A stretch of 64,000 nucleotides of DNA from Mustelus asterias (taxonomy: Eukaryota): positions 44,454,001-44,518,000 of the forward strand of contig NC_135819.1 in assembly GCF_964213995.1 (NCBI RefSeq), read 5' to 3'. A model generated the notes under the pieces. That model searched no databases. It had not been told where the DNA came from and saw only the letters and a list, made by a program, of their open reading frames with translations. Positions 35,272 through 49,445 of this stretch are shown here, piece by piece. Positions within the stretch are counted from its first letter, which is position 1. Every line of letters starts with the position of its first letter. A program made the position numbers and the translations under genes.

Positions 35272-37521
35272 CTATAAAGCAGAAAACATTTCAACCTGTG
35301 AAACTGCTCTGAGTCTCAGATTCTGCTGCATGTAGCTACGTACAGACATTGAAAAAATCAAATTGATTCACTTCTTTGTTAGTTGATTTAAATAAAATTA
35401 TTTTAGTTAAGAGGGGATACAACTATTTAATAGCTCGTTCAGCCAGGAAATTAATTATACATTATAGATTTATTGGAATTGTTACATAGAATGAAGTTCT
35501 GATAAATATTGGTTCGCAATGCACAGTGGAAACCTCTTACAATCAGCAAAAGCACAGACTTGAATTCTCCAGGCAGGCAGTGGCTCTGAATATTCTCAGG
35601 CCAATTATACTCAGTCTCACTTCCCAGGAACCTCCAGCTCTAACCAGGCCTGAGGATGCCGTGTCGGTCAAAGATCCTAATGCTCAAATATTGTTAACAT
35701 TGATCATCTGTCAATTGCCATCAATTTTCTCATGTGCAAGGGGTATTCTATTGCCTACTAAATAGGGAGAGAGAGAGAGAGATAGAGGAATAAATCTATG
35801 GGAGACTCACAGAGATGTAGGAGATCTATAGACTGGTAATGGTGGGGACTCCAACTACCCAAATATCAATTGGGATAAGGTTAGAGTAAGTAGTAAGGAA
35901 GGGGAGGAATTTCTGAAATGTGTTCAGGAGAACTTCCCTGATCAGCACATTCTCAACCCAACGAGAAAGGAGGCCATTGCCAGATGTGGTGCTGGGAAAT
36001 GAGGTGGGCCAACTGGACCAAGTGTCTGTAGGGACATATTTCAGCAATAGTGATCATCATATCATAAGGTTTAGATTAGTGACGGAGATGAACAAGGAAA
36101 AATCTAAATACAGAATTCTAAATTGGAAGAGGTCTAATTTCTACACGATGAATTCTAACCAGGACATAATGGAACCAGAGCTTCCAGGAGAAGTTATAAG
36201 GGAACACGGGGTGACCTTTAAAGAAGAGATGCCTTTGGTACAGGCTTGGTACATTCCAACAACGGTGAAAGGTAAGGGAGCCAAAACAGGGCTCCCTGGA
36301 TGAGAAGGGAAATAGAGATTGTGATGAAGCAAACATGTCACATGATACATGTCAGAAAAATTCATGTCAGTTGAGATGGGAGATGAAGAGGAAAAGAAGG
36401 GAGGCAAAGGGAGAGTATGGAAATAGAATGGCGGTCAACATAAAAAGAAACCCAAAACTGTTCTACCAGAATGTAATTACTCAGTGGCTAGTCAGAAATG
36501 TAGTTCGTCTTGTGTCTTGGGGACCAGTTAGCTCAGTTGTCTGGACAGATAGTTTGTGATGCAGAGCGGTGCCAACAGTGCAGCTCAGGTTATTCATGAA
36601 GGCCTGCTGTCTCAACCTTACCCCTCACCTGAGGTGTGGAGGTCCTCAGGTTAAAATCACCACCAGGCAGTTCTCCCCCAAGGGGAGAGCAGCCTATGGT
36701 CATCTGGGACTATGGCGATTTTATGTCTAATAAGGTTCAAAGAGAATGATATCGACACTTTGAGGTGCAGGTGAAAGCCAGAATGCTCAATCAGTTATTT
36801 GTATTGGTGCTAATAAAGAAAGAGAATCCTGACAAAATATTGGCAGAAACTGAGACAACGGAGACAATAGTTAGTGTAAGAATTGAGAGGGAGAAGGTTA
36901 AGGAAGGCTGCTATGGCTAAGGGTGATGGTTTGGATGACTTGGATCCCAGGTTGCTAAAGAGCGTTGAAGGGCTTGTTTTAATCTTAAACCTTCCTTAGA
37001 TGGAGCTGGCTTAGGATTTGGAATCCATAATCAGGGAAACATTCACAAACATTTGGAGAGGTTTGGGTTAGTTAAAGAAAGCCAGCGTGGAATTGTAAAA
37101 GGAAGATCTTGCCAGGCAAACTCATTGATATTTTTTGCAAAAGTAGCAGAGGAGCTTGATGAAAGGAATATTGTGGATGTTGTCGATATAGATTTTAATC
37201 AAATGTTTTGCAAATTTTCACATAAAAGACTGATTAAAAAATTGAAGCCTATGGAATAGAAAGGTCAGTATCCAAACAGATAAAAAAAATTGGCTTAAGA
37301 ACAGAAAGCAGCAAGCGGTGGTAGATGGTTCTATTTTGGACTTGACAACAGTAGACAGTGGTGTTTGCCAGGTGTCAGTTCTGGGATCACTGTTTGTTTA
37401 ACAATAAAGGAAAAATGAAAAGTTATATTTGCTGCTGAGTCAATAACAAACCACTCTGAGCGAGAAAACAATCACATTTGGAGAGAGACTGGGAGCAAGG
37501 TATAAAACTGTTGCTGCTTAC

Positions 37522-37581
37522 CAGGTATGTATTTGGTGGTGGATGTGGTTGTCGTCACTATCTCAGGTTTTGGTGTCGTTT
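37522..37581 (-). CDS. PTS micro-exon E, copy 3
   Basis: As 23345-23404. Confidence 0.85.
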
Positions 37582-40020
37582 CTATAAAGCAGAAAACATT
37601 TCAACCTGTGAAACCGCTCTGAGTCTCAGATTCTGCTGCATGTCGCTACGCACAGAAGTTGCAAAAAATGAATCCATTCACTTTTCTCTTTACTTAACAA
37701 AATTATTTTAGCAAATAGGCAATATAATTAATTAATAGCTCTTCAGCCAGGACATCAATTTTTCAAGGTAAGATTTGCTGGCGTTTGTCACATAGAATGG
37801 AGTTCCTGTCAATATTAGTTTTCAATGGACAGTGCAAACCTCTTAGAATAGACAGATGCACATCGACTTGAATTCTCCACATTAACAGCGGCTCTGACTG
37901 TTTCACTTCCCAGAGTCCTCCAGCTCGAAGCTGACCTGACAATGTAGTGTCAGTGGAAGGTCCTAACATTGAAATATTGTCCTGGCAACCTGCACCATCA
38001 TATCCAGATTCATACATAATGCCGTTTCTATTCAACACAGAGCGTGAACTGCAGTCCCTGTCTCTCTTGCTAGACGATGACCATCTCCCCCAAGAGACAG
38101 AATCTACCCATAGTCCCCCAACAATCAATGGCTTTACCATTGCTGAATTTCCCACTATCAACATCCTGGGTGTTACCATTGACCAGAAACTGAACTGGAC
38201 TGGCCATATAAATACTGTGGCTAGCAGAGCAGGTCAGAGGCTAGGAATCCTTTTGTAAGTATCTCACTTTCTGACTCCCCAAAGCCTGTCTACCATCTAC
38301 AACGGACAAGTCTGGAGAAAAATGAAATACTCTCCACTTGTCTGGATGAGTGCACCTCCAAAACATTCAAGAAGCCTGGCACCATCCAGGACAAAGTTGT
38401 CCACTTGACTGCTACCCCTTCAACACACATTTAATCCCTCTACCGCCGATGAACAGTGGCAGCAGTGTGTACCATCTCCAAGATGCGCTGCATGAACCCA
38501 CGAAGGTTCCTTAGGCAGCACCTTTCAAACCCATGTTTTCAGCCATCTAGAAGGACAAGGGCAACAGATATCTGGGAACACCATCACCTGGAGGTTCCCC
38601 TCCAAGTCACTCACCATCCTGACTTGCAAATATATCGTCGTTCCTTGTTGTTGTTGTTGGGTTGTTGTTGGGTCAAAATCCTGGAATTCCCTCTCTAACA
38701 GCACTGTGGGAGTACCAACACCTCAGGAACTACAGCAGTTCAAGAAGGTGGCTCATCACCACGTTCTCAAGGGCAAGTAAGGATGGGCAATTAATGCTGG
38801 CCAGCCAGTGACACCCACACCCCACAAATGAATTTTAAAAAAATTCTTCATCCTCCTCATTCGAAATGGATTTAAGACAGCTATTCTATGTTTGATGACA
38901 CTTCCAAATAGACTTGTGAGACAGTTTATCATAGTTTAGTTACACAACATTGCCACAGTGGTCCATATAACATCAATCTAGCATGTAATTTGACTGCTTG
39001 ACTCATTTAGCATCAGGTTGTTTCATCAGACTGGTAATTCACTCATCATCTCAAAGATCAAAGGGGGTGAAGAGGGTGATATTCTGCTATCTGCAAGAGG
39101 AGGAGTCACACTGCAGGAAAACTACATTCCACAGACCAACCTACTGAGCACATACCACCAGACTCAGTTTTCTAGTGGGTATCAACAAAAAACCTGATAA
39201 TATGGGCTGTATGGTGGCACAGTGGTTAGCAATTCTGCCTCACAGCTCCAGGGACCCAGGTTCGATTCCCGGCTTGGGTCACTATCTGTGTGGAGTTTGC
39301 ACATTCTCCCCGTGTCTGGGTGGGTTTTCTCCGAGTGTTCTGGTTTCCTCCCACACTCCAAAGATGTGTGGGTTAGGTTGATTGACCATGCGGAATTGTT
39401 CCTTAGGTGTCAGGGGGACTATTAGGATAAATACTTGGGGTTTTTGGGATAGGGCCTGGGTGGGATTCTTGTCGGTGCAGGCTTGATGGACCGAATGGCC
39501 TCCTTCTATGATTCTTCTATGAAATCCTGTAGCTGAGCTCAGAACAGCGTGAAATAGTCAGAGAGATGGAATGAGATGGATTGGCTGTGACTTGCAGTCC
39601 ATTATATTGCTTTACAACATCAGTATTGACAAAGTGTGACAAACAGGTTGTTCATTGACAGCATGTTATATATATATATAAAAATAATTTAACATACTCT
39701 TCTCATTAGGAGCTGGGCACTCTACGGGATGGTAGTTAACGCTCATTGCAAAAAAGTGTGAACTTGGGAGCGAAAGTGCTGATTTGCTTCCCATTTGGGC
39801 AAACATGATGTCAGGAAGACGATTTGCTAAACAACTTCCAATAAATTACAACTTAACGGTCAAGGATGCAATCACTTTCCAAGCAAACAATTAGAAAGGG
39901 AAATGTGTGTGTAAAAGTGAAAGCTGTATGTTGTTACCCTTCAATGACAGGCCGCATGGAGCTAGTAAACAACCTATTGGAGACTAACTTAATGCAAGGT
40001 ATGAAAGTGTTGTCCCTTAT

Positions 40021-40080
40021 TAGGTATGTAGCTGGTGGTAGCTGTAATTGTAGCCCATGCCAGTGTTGGTAGCATTGTTT
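40021..40080 (-). pseudogene. Degenerate micro-exon F, copy 3
   Basis: As 11673-11732. Confidence 0.75.
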
Positions 40081-41424
40081 CTGTAGAACAGGAAAATCTT
40101 TCAACTTCTTACATTGCACACTGAAGCCCGTAGTATTCAGTTTAAAAACATATATTCTTGGTCATGTGCGGCAGAATAGCATTTGTAAAAACGAAATCTA
40201 TTCACTTCTATCTTAATCTACTCAATAAGATTATTTTGGAGGAAAGGAAAGAGAACCATTCAAAGCGAACAGCCTTTGCCATCAGAGCATCATTTCCACA
40301 AATGTAAAGGGTTGTGGGAATTGCTATGTCAATTGGACCATTAATGGAGTTCCTGCAACAATTAGTTTTCAATGGACAGTGGAAAGCATGGGCAGATTTA
40401 TATTGAACTAGCTATCCAAAAAAAAAGAGTGGTTTTAAAACACTTGGACAACAATCCTGGCGCTGATACTGGAGCAACTCCTCCCAAGGCTCCAACATGA
40501 TCTTAACAGAGTATACAGGGTCAATGGAAGGGTCTACCATTTAAGCATTTATGCTGTGGACCTGCACTACATTATTCAGTCACACGTCATGTTACTGCTA
40601 CTATTCATTATGAATAGGGAGTAAACAGTTGATCATGTCGAGCTAGGCACCAGTCACTTTCTTGATGTGAGTGTGTCCGCAGTATATTAGTTATAATGCA
40701 AAAGAAATTTTAGTCCAAAAAGAGGAGATGGTTCAGGTAAGAGTTAAATAGCATGTGAAACAATGCCGGACAAATAGTTGAAAATACACTAATCATCTTA
40801 TTGCTATTCACTTCTCTAATTGACGTATTAGCCCATGTATTTGATATGGACCAATGACTCGATTAAAATGACAGACATTGTCTTATGAATCAGTGCATCT
40901 TTTGGGCAGACTATTACTACAATAATTTCTAATTTGGACCTACTATTGCTTTATCAGCTTGATGCATTATCTGTGTCGGATGTAGGATTTTCACTCATAT
41001 AGGGCAAGTTTGTTCAAAGTGTTTTTGTTCTAAAAGAGATGTGTATTTTATTTATTCATTCATGGGACATGGGCGTTGCTGGCTGGCCAGCATTTATTAC
41101 CCATCCCTGATTGCCTGAGGACAATTGAGAGTCAACCACTTTGCTGTGGCTCTGGAGTCACATGTCAACCAGACCAGGTAAGGACGGCAGATGACCTTCC
41201 TTAAAGGACATGAATGAACCAGATGGATTTTTACGACAGTCGACAATGGTTTCGTGGTCATCGGTAGATTCTTAATTCCAGATATTTTTTATTGAATCCA
41301 AATTTCACCATCTGCCTTGGCAGGATTCGAACCCTGGTCCCCAGAACATTCTAGCTGAGTTTCTGGATTGATAGTCTAGTGATAATAGGCCATCATCCCC
41401 TTTACACGCAAATATCATATTTAC

Positions 41425-41784
41425 CAGGAGTGGTGGTTGTAGAGGTGGTTTCAGGCAGATAGGTTGTTGTCCGTTGTGTTGTGGTTTGTGGCTCACAGCA
41501 AACGCGGATTTGATAATCATAACAAAACTTCCTGTCCAGCGAAGCACTTTCGCTGTAAACACAGACAAGTCCTGTGTCTTTGTCACAGGTCACATTGTCC
41601 GTCGATTCACTTATTGGCCTCTCCGGGTAATCAGCAAATTGACATTGGATTTTATTAATTGCATCAGAAGAGGAAGGGCACAGTTCATCGCGCATGGAAT
41701 CCAATAACTCAGAATCGCCTGGGCTGTCCTCAGAAGGCGTCTGATCATTAATCCAAGGAGACCATTCACCGTTACATTGCTCCT
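41425..41784 (-). CDS. CysD (WxxW) exon, copy 4
   Basis: Same as copy 3. Confidence 0.92.
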
Positions 41785-44093
41785 CTGCAAAATAAGAAGT
41801 CTGGGCTTACTGAACCTGCCTTTAAACAAGTTAATTAACAAGAAATACAAAGATTAAAATGGCACAGCAACCTCTCTCAATTTGACGCCATATTCTTTCA
41901 ACGTCATACAGCATAGAAACAGGCCCTTCAGCCCATCATGTCTATGTCAACCATCAAATACCAATCAAAATCATCCCATTTACCAGTCCTTGGTCATTAG
42001 TCTACTGTGCATTCAAGATTTAAGTGCTTGTCCAGATGTTTCTTAAATGTTGCAAGGGTATCTGCCTCCATCACCCTCTCGGGCAGCGCATTCCATATTT
42101 CCATCGCCCTCTGGGTGAATCATCCCCCTCTAAACCACTTACTCCTCACCTTAAACCTATGCCCTCTGGTCTTAGACTCCTCTGCCATAACTAAAAGATT
42201 CTGAAGATCTATCCTTGCTATGCCTCTCATTATTTTATATACCTCTATCAGATCCCCCTTCAGTCTCCACTGCTCCAGGGAAAACAAACCCAGCCTATCC
42301 AGTCTCTCCTCATAGCTGAAACTTTCCATCCCTGGCAACATCCTGGTGAATCTCCTCTGCGCCCTCTCCACTGCAATCACGTTCTTCGACATTGTGACGT
42401 CCAGAACTGCACACAATATTCCATCTGTGGCCTAACCAATGTTTTATAAAGTTGTACCAACTCCTCCCTGCTCCGATAGTCTATGCGCCGGCTAATGAAG
42501 GCAAACATTCTGTATGCCTTCTTCACCATCTTATCTACCTGCGCTGCGACCTTCAGCGTTCTATGAATTTGTACATCAAAGTCCCTTTGTTCCTCAATAC
42601 TCCCTAGGGACCTACCATTCATTGTGTATATTCCACCCTTATTGGACCTCCCAAAATGCATCACCTCAAACTTATCAGGATTAAATTCCATCTGCCATTG
42701 CTCTGCCCAATTTACCAGCTGATCTATATCAGTCTGTAGTCTTAGACTATCCTCCTCGCTATCAACAACACCACCAATTTTCATGTCATCTGCAAACTTA
42801 CTAATTATACCTATTACATTCCAATCCTGCACGGTGGCACAGTGGTTAGCACTGCTGCCTCACAGCGCCAGGGACCCAGGTTCAATTCCGGCCTTGGGTC
42901 ATTGTCTGTGCAGAGTCTGCATGTTCTCCCCGTGTCTGCTTGGGTTTCCTCCGGGTGCTCCAGTTTCCTTCCACAGTCCGAAAGAGGTGCTGGTTAGGTG
43001 CCTTGGCCATGCTAAATTCTCCCTCAGTGTACCCGAACAGGCGCCGGAGTGTGGCGACTAGGGGATATCCACAGTAACTTTGTAGTGTTTATTAGTGTCA
43101 CAAGTAAGCCTACTTGTGACACTAACAAATAAATTTTAATAAACTTTATTCAAGTCATTAATGTATATAACAAACATCAAGGGTCCCAGCACTGATCCCT
43201 GTGGTACACCACTGGTCACAGGTTTCCAATCACAAAAGCAACCCTCCTCCATCACTTTTGGCTCCTATTAACAAGTTAATTTTGGATCCAATTGGCAACT
43301 AACCTTGGATCCCATGGGCTCCAACCTTTTGGACCAACCTTCCCTGTGGGACCTCACTGAAGTCCATGTAAACCATATCAACTGTGCTACTTTCCTGAAC
43401 AGTTGCAGTCCATGTATCCATTCAGTCTCACATTGCAGTTAAGAAGAGTGGTTTTAGGATGTTGACCCCGTGATAGTGAAGGAATGGTGATATAGTTCCG
43501 AATTAGGGTGTGCAGTTGACATTCACTGGGAATAGTGCTTCAGATAACTTATTACATTCCAGCTCCACAATTTCATCGCAATGATGCAAAGACGACCAAT
43601 CCAGTACAACACTGTTCATCTAAGCACTAAGGTGCTTTCCATGTTCATATTCCTACTTCAGAAATCAATGGGTTAATTTTCATTTACGTGCGAGAGAGAG
43701 AGAAAGAGCGGGGAAATGAAATTCCAGGGAAGAATTTGAGAGTCTATTGAGAGAATTCTTTTCCTGGTTTGAAACAGAAACCACCCCGATATTTGATAAC
43801 TGCAGAATTGCTATTTAATAGGAATGTATAATACAATGCCCCCACGTTGCTTGGGCTGCACATAGGATTTGTACCCTGTTCTGCTAAACATGATGCGAGG
43901 AACATAATTTCCTAAAATTGAACCAAAAATTTACAAAATAAGGAACAGCTTTGCAAACATTTTCAAAGCAAACCAATTTGAAGTAGAAAATTCAAAGCCA
44001 CATTTATAAAATAATAAAACAGACCACATAAAGTTAGAATCGAATCCATTCTGAAATAGACTTAGCACAAGATATAAAATCGCTGCCAATTAC

Positions 44094-44153
44094 CGGTTGT
44101 GGTGCTGCTGGTGGGCACGGTTGAAGTTGTTGTCACAATCGGCGTTGTAGTTT
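44094..44153 (-). CDS. PTS micro-exon A, copy 4
   Basis: As 3631-3690, synonymous ACC>ACG. Confidence 0.85.
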
Positions 44154-45540
44154 CTGCAGAGGAGAAAAATATTTCAACAGTGCACACTGAGGATTATAAA
44201 CTTACCTTTCTATTGCATGTAGCTAAGCACAACATTTCTAAAAATTACACCTATTCAATTGTATACTCAGTACACTCAATAAACTTAGCGTGGAGAGAAT
44301 AGAACTACTTAATAACCCACATTCATACACTAATTGCACAAGTGAACAGTTGATGGAATTGTCACATTGATTTGCTACAGTGCAGAAAGAGGCCATTCAG
44401 CCCATCGAGTCTGCGCCGACCACAATCCCACCCAGATCCTATTCCCATAACCCGACATTTTTACCCTGCTAATCTCCTGGCACTAAGGGGCAATTGAGCA
44501 TGGCCAATGCACCTAACCCGCACATCTTTGGACTGGAGGAGGAAACTGGAGCACCCAGAGGAAACCCACACACTATTTCAGACAAGCAGTCCTTGAACTT
44601 ATGACACAACTTGTTCCTGAAAACTATGTCATGTCAAAACATCATAAGTGTGAACTGATTTTCACGTAGGTACACAATGATAAAAACAATCAACTGGTTC
44701 ATGACCACATGTCAATGTTCATCCTTCAGGATTATTTGTGCATCCATGTATTGGTCTCAGGTAGTTGGAAACTTCTTGTCTGAAGCTATTTGTCAGCCAA
44801 CAGGTCACTGCAGGAGATTTGACCACATGAATACACTCGCAGATGAGCCTCACATATTTACTGCGCTCTCACTGAAAGTGTCTGCCTAAACAAGACACAC
44901 AAAACCAAGACAGACAGCACTGCCTCTCCCACTCTCCGTCCACCCATCGTCCTGTCCGTCTCTGGCCCCATGTCTCCGCACTGTGGGGTCACATTTTTCC
45001 AGGAAAATCGGACAGCGGTTTCACCGATTCCACAGACTTGTTCAGGTTCTGCGACTGAATAATATACAAGGCAGGTGGCATAGAGCATTGTATTGTCGAA
45101 GCCAGCATCGTAAAGCCGAAACAACATGCAGATTTATAAATATCCTAAGTGCCATTCATTTTAATTCGAACATCGAGGGATGCTTGTCGGGATATATTTG
45201 ATAATATACACTTCTTGTTTGAAGCTTCGACACTGGGGACATATATCAGTTTATGCAAGTGGATGCACCCTGCAGGATTTTACCACAACTGGTACCAAAT
45301 CCCTAACATACATCTTATTTCCACTAAACAATAAATTAGGAGCCCCATCTCTTAAAAGCTGCGTAAACATTACCAGAAAACAAAAATAATACATTTTCAA
45401 ACCAAATAATTAGAATGGAATATCTGTGGTAAAAAGGTGAAAGTTTTATTTCATTACGTATTCAGTGACAGGCCACATGGAGTTAGAAAATAATCCATTT
45501 GTGGAAACCGTCTTGATGCAAGTTATTAAACGGCACTTAC

Positions 45541-45606
45541 CCACTTTGGGGGTGGGGGTGGTGGTGGATGCAGTTGAAGTCGTTGTTTCAATGAGTGATG
45601 TAGTTT
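45541..45606 (-). CDS. PTS micro-exon B, copy 4
   Basis: As 5078-5143. Confidence 0.85.
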
Positions 45607-46132
45607 CTACAGAAGTGAAAAATATTTCAAACCATTACACTGAGACTCATCTGTACCAGATTTATATAGACTTACTTTTCTGCTGCAGGTAGATAAGCAT
45701 AAAGTTCCTGAAGATTATAGCTATTCTCTTTATCTTAGCGTACCCAATAAATGTACTTAGTGGAGACTGAATAGAACTATTTAATGAACCATATTCAATA
45801 TTCTATTTAGTGTAAGAGTTTCCGGAATTGTTACACGGATTTGATTTCTGATTTGATTTATTCTTGTCACATGTATTAGCATACAGTGAAGAGTATTGTT
45901 TCTTCCGTGCTAGACAGACAAAGCATACCGTTCATAGAGTACATCGTAGAGAAGGAAAGGAGAGGGTGCTGAATGTAATGTTACAGTCATATGTAGAGTG
46001 TAGAAAAAGATCAGCTTAATGCAAGATAGGTCCATTCAAAAGTCTGATGGCAGCAGGGAAGAAACATTCAAAAATAATTAATTTGTGGAGGTAGATTTGG
46101 TGCAATTTAATTCAAAAACTGCTGTCACTTAC

Positions 46133-46192
46133 CAGGCATGTAACTGGTGGTGGAGGTAGTTTTAATCATTGTCCACGTTAGTGGTACAGTTT
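46133..46192 (-). CDS. PTS micro-exon C, copy 4
   Basis: As 5670-5729. Confidence 0.7.
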
Positions 46193-47630
46193 CTATATCG
46201 CAAGAAAAATATTGCTACACCACTCAGTGAGCCTTGCCTGTACCAGGTTTGAAAACATACTTTCCTGCTGCCCGCAGCCAAGCACCCAAATTTCAAACTT
46301 CTAGACACTTTGGTCGGGATTCTCTGATCTCATTCCCCCGCCCACCGCCCGCCCACCGCCCGCCCACCCCCCACCGCTGTCAGCAAGAACAGACAATTTC
46401 TGTCGTATGGAGAACGGCTGAGGACTCTGGGTCTGTACTTGTTGGAGTTTAGAAGGATGAAGGGGCAATCCTATTGAAACTTACAGGATACTGCGTGGTT
46501 TGGATAGGATGGACGTGGAGAGGATGTTTCCACTAGTAGGAAAAACTAGAACCAGAGGGCACAACCTCAGGCTAAAGGGACGATCCTTTAAAGCAGAGAG
46601 GAGGAATTTCTTCAGCCAGAGAGTGGTGAACCTGTTGAACTCGTTGCCACAGAAGGCTGTGGAGGTCATTGAGTGTCTTTAAGACAGAGATAGATAGGTT
46701 CTTGATTAATAAGGGGATCAAGGATTATGGGGAAAAGGCAGATGAATGGGGATGAGAAAACTATCAGCCATGATTGAATGGCGGAGCAGACTCAATGGGC
46801 CGAGTGGCCTAATTCTGCTCCTATGTCTTATGGTCTAATGGTGCTCAGCCGAAACTCCATTCACTGCAGCGAGACCGGAAAATCCCAGCCATGAGCAAAG
46901 TAGGAGAATTCTGGCCTTCATCTCAGTCTCGATCACAAAATTATTTCATCAGTTAATCCACAAGGCAAAATAATTTGTCAAACCTAATTTGGTAGCCCAT
47001 TCCACTTAGCGCTGGCCAAAGCTTTCTGGCCCTTCCCGTTGCGGAATCTTCTGGGATCCCACTAACGTCTACGGTACTTTGTGTGGCTTGCTTGTCCCGC
47101 TGTTGAGGAATCTGCCCGGTGGGAGGTTGCCATTGGCAGAACTGGAAGAACCTGCTGGCAGGAACGGCCAGAATCCCAGAATTCCTGTCTTTGTCCAATG
47201 TTCTGATTGCCCACTGGGTTGATTTGCTGGGCAGATCACACAAAGGCATGAGAGGCACATGCAGAACTGGAGTGTACGTCATGGGCATGGCTGCCAACAC
47301 TGGATGACAGCAGCAGTGGGTGCAGGGAGATGGTGGAGTAAGAAGGTAAAGAGAGCCCAGCTCTCTAGACGGACACACGAGGACGGCCTCAACCGGGATA
47401 TTGGGTTCATGTCACACTATTTGTAACTCCCACAGTTGCGTGGACCTGCAGAGTTTCACTGGCTGTCTTGTCTGGAGACAATACACATCTTTTTAGCCTG
47501 TCTTGATGCTCTCTCCACTCCCATTGTTTTGTTTCTTAAAGACTTGATTAGTTGTAAGTATTCGCATTCCAACCATTATTCATGTAAATTGAGTCTGTGT
47601 CTTTATAAGCTCTGTTTGTGAACAGAATTC

Positions 47631-47675
47631 CCACTCACCTGAAGAAGGGGCTTGCAGCTCCGAAAGCTTGTGTGG
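47631..47675 (+). ncRNA. Minimal hammerhead motif, copy 4
   Basis: As 7168-7212. Confidence 0.7.
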
Positions 47676-48421
47676 CTTTTGCTACCAAATAAACCTGTTG
47701 GACTTTAACCTGGTGTTGTTAAACTTACTGTGTTTACCCCAGTCCAACGCCGGCATCTCCACATCATAGACGGATCAGGACAGGAAGGATGGTATGTGGG
47801 GAGTGGCATGAGATGGGGGAATCATATGGGAGGAGGGGAGAGAACAGGAGGGGATAGCGTGAAAATAAAAAGGGATAGCATGGGAAGTTTGCGATTGGGA
47901 ACAAGGTGGCATGGATGCAGAAGACATAGAAAGAAGGGCTAGATTGGCTGAGAATGATAGGAATGAAAGAAATGGGATGGGTATGGATATGAGAGGGTTG
48001 GCCTGGGAAGGATGGAATGTGGCTGGTAATGGCACAGGAAAGTACTGTGGGAAATGGGAAAGGTACACCATGATAGGAGTCACATGAGAAGAATGGAAAG
48101 GTCTGGGATAACATACCAAGTGACAGTAAAAATTTCACCACAAAGGCTTTGTTGGTCCATATCATAATACGGTGGATGTTATAATAAATACATCCTTCTC
48201 ACTTGGGAGCTTCGCATGCAGTGGAGAAATATGAGAATGAAAGGGCATGGCAGTTGATGCATGTTAGAAATTATCTATTATTATCTATCATTCCACGAAC
48301 TGTTATGTCAGGAGTACAACTTCCTACAAGCTGCATTCAAATTTACAACTTAACGACCAGAGAAACAAATGTTTTCAAAGCAAACAATTAAAAGGATAAT
48401 GTGAGGTAGAAAATGAAAGTT

Positions 48422-49304
48422 GAGGAGGTGGGGAGGCTGCAGAAAGATTTAGACAGTTTAGGAGAGTGGTCCAAGAAGTGGCTGATGAAATTCAACGTGG
48501 GCAAGTGCGAGGTCGTGCACTTTGGAAAAAAGAATAGAGGCATGGACTATTTTCTAAACGGTGACAAAATTCATAATGCTAAAGTGCAAAGGGACTTGGG
48601 AGTCCTAGTCCAGGATTCTCTAAAGGTAAACTTGCAGGTTGAGTCCGTAATTAAGAAAGCAAATGTAATGTTGTCATTTATCTCAAGAGGCTTGGAATAC
48701 AAAAGCAGGGATGTACTTCTGAGGCTTTATAAAGCACTGGTTAGGCCCCATTTGGAGTACTGTGAGCAATTTTGGGCCCCACACCTCAGGAAGGACATAC
48801 TGGCACTGGAGCGGGTCCAGCGGAGATTCACACGGATGATCCCAGGAATGGTAGGCCTGACATACGATGAACGTCTGAGGATTGTGGGATTATATTCATT
48901 GGAGTTTAGGAGGTTGAGGGGAGATCTGGTAGAGACTTACAAGATAATGAAGGGCTTAGATAGGATGGACGTAGGGAAGTTGTTTCCATTAGCAGGGGAG
49001 ACTAGGACGCGGGGGCACAGCCTTAGAATAAAAGGGAGTCACTTTAGAACAGAGATGAGGAGAAATTTCTTCAGCCAGAGAGTGGTAGGTCTGTGGAATT
49101 CATTGCCACAGAGGGCTGTGGAGGCCGAGACGTTGAGCGTCTTCAAGACAGAAATTGATAAATTCTTGATTTCTCGAGGAATTAAGGGCTATGGGGAGAG
49201 AGCGGGTAAATGGAGTTGAAATCAACCATGATTGAGTGGTGGAGTGGACTCGATGGGCCGAATGGCCTTACTTCCGCTCCTATGTCTTATGGTCTTATCT
49301 TGTG
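48422..49304 (+). mobile_element. Young truncated CR1, copy 4
   Basis: ORF 48413-49219. Confidence 0.95.
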
Positions 49305-49385
49305 GTTATATTTGTTAATGAGTCAGTGATAGACCACACAGAGATGGACAGACTTGCAGCAGGGTGTACAACCATTGCTGCTTAC

Positions 49386-49445
49386 CAGGTATGTATTTGG
49401 TGGTGGATGTGGTTGTTGTCACTGTCTCAGGTTTTGATGTCGTTT
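49386..49445 (-). CDS. PTS micro-exon D, copy 4
   Basis: As 8923-8982. Confidence 0.85.

Larger units (their letters stand above)
26286..40461. repeat. Tandem macro-repeat copy 3 (14176 bp)
   Basis: Anchor positions and repeated ORF set. Confidence 0.97.
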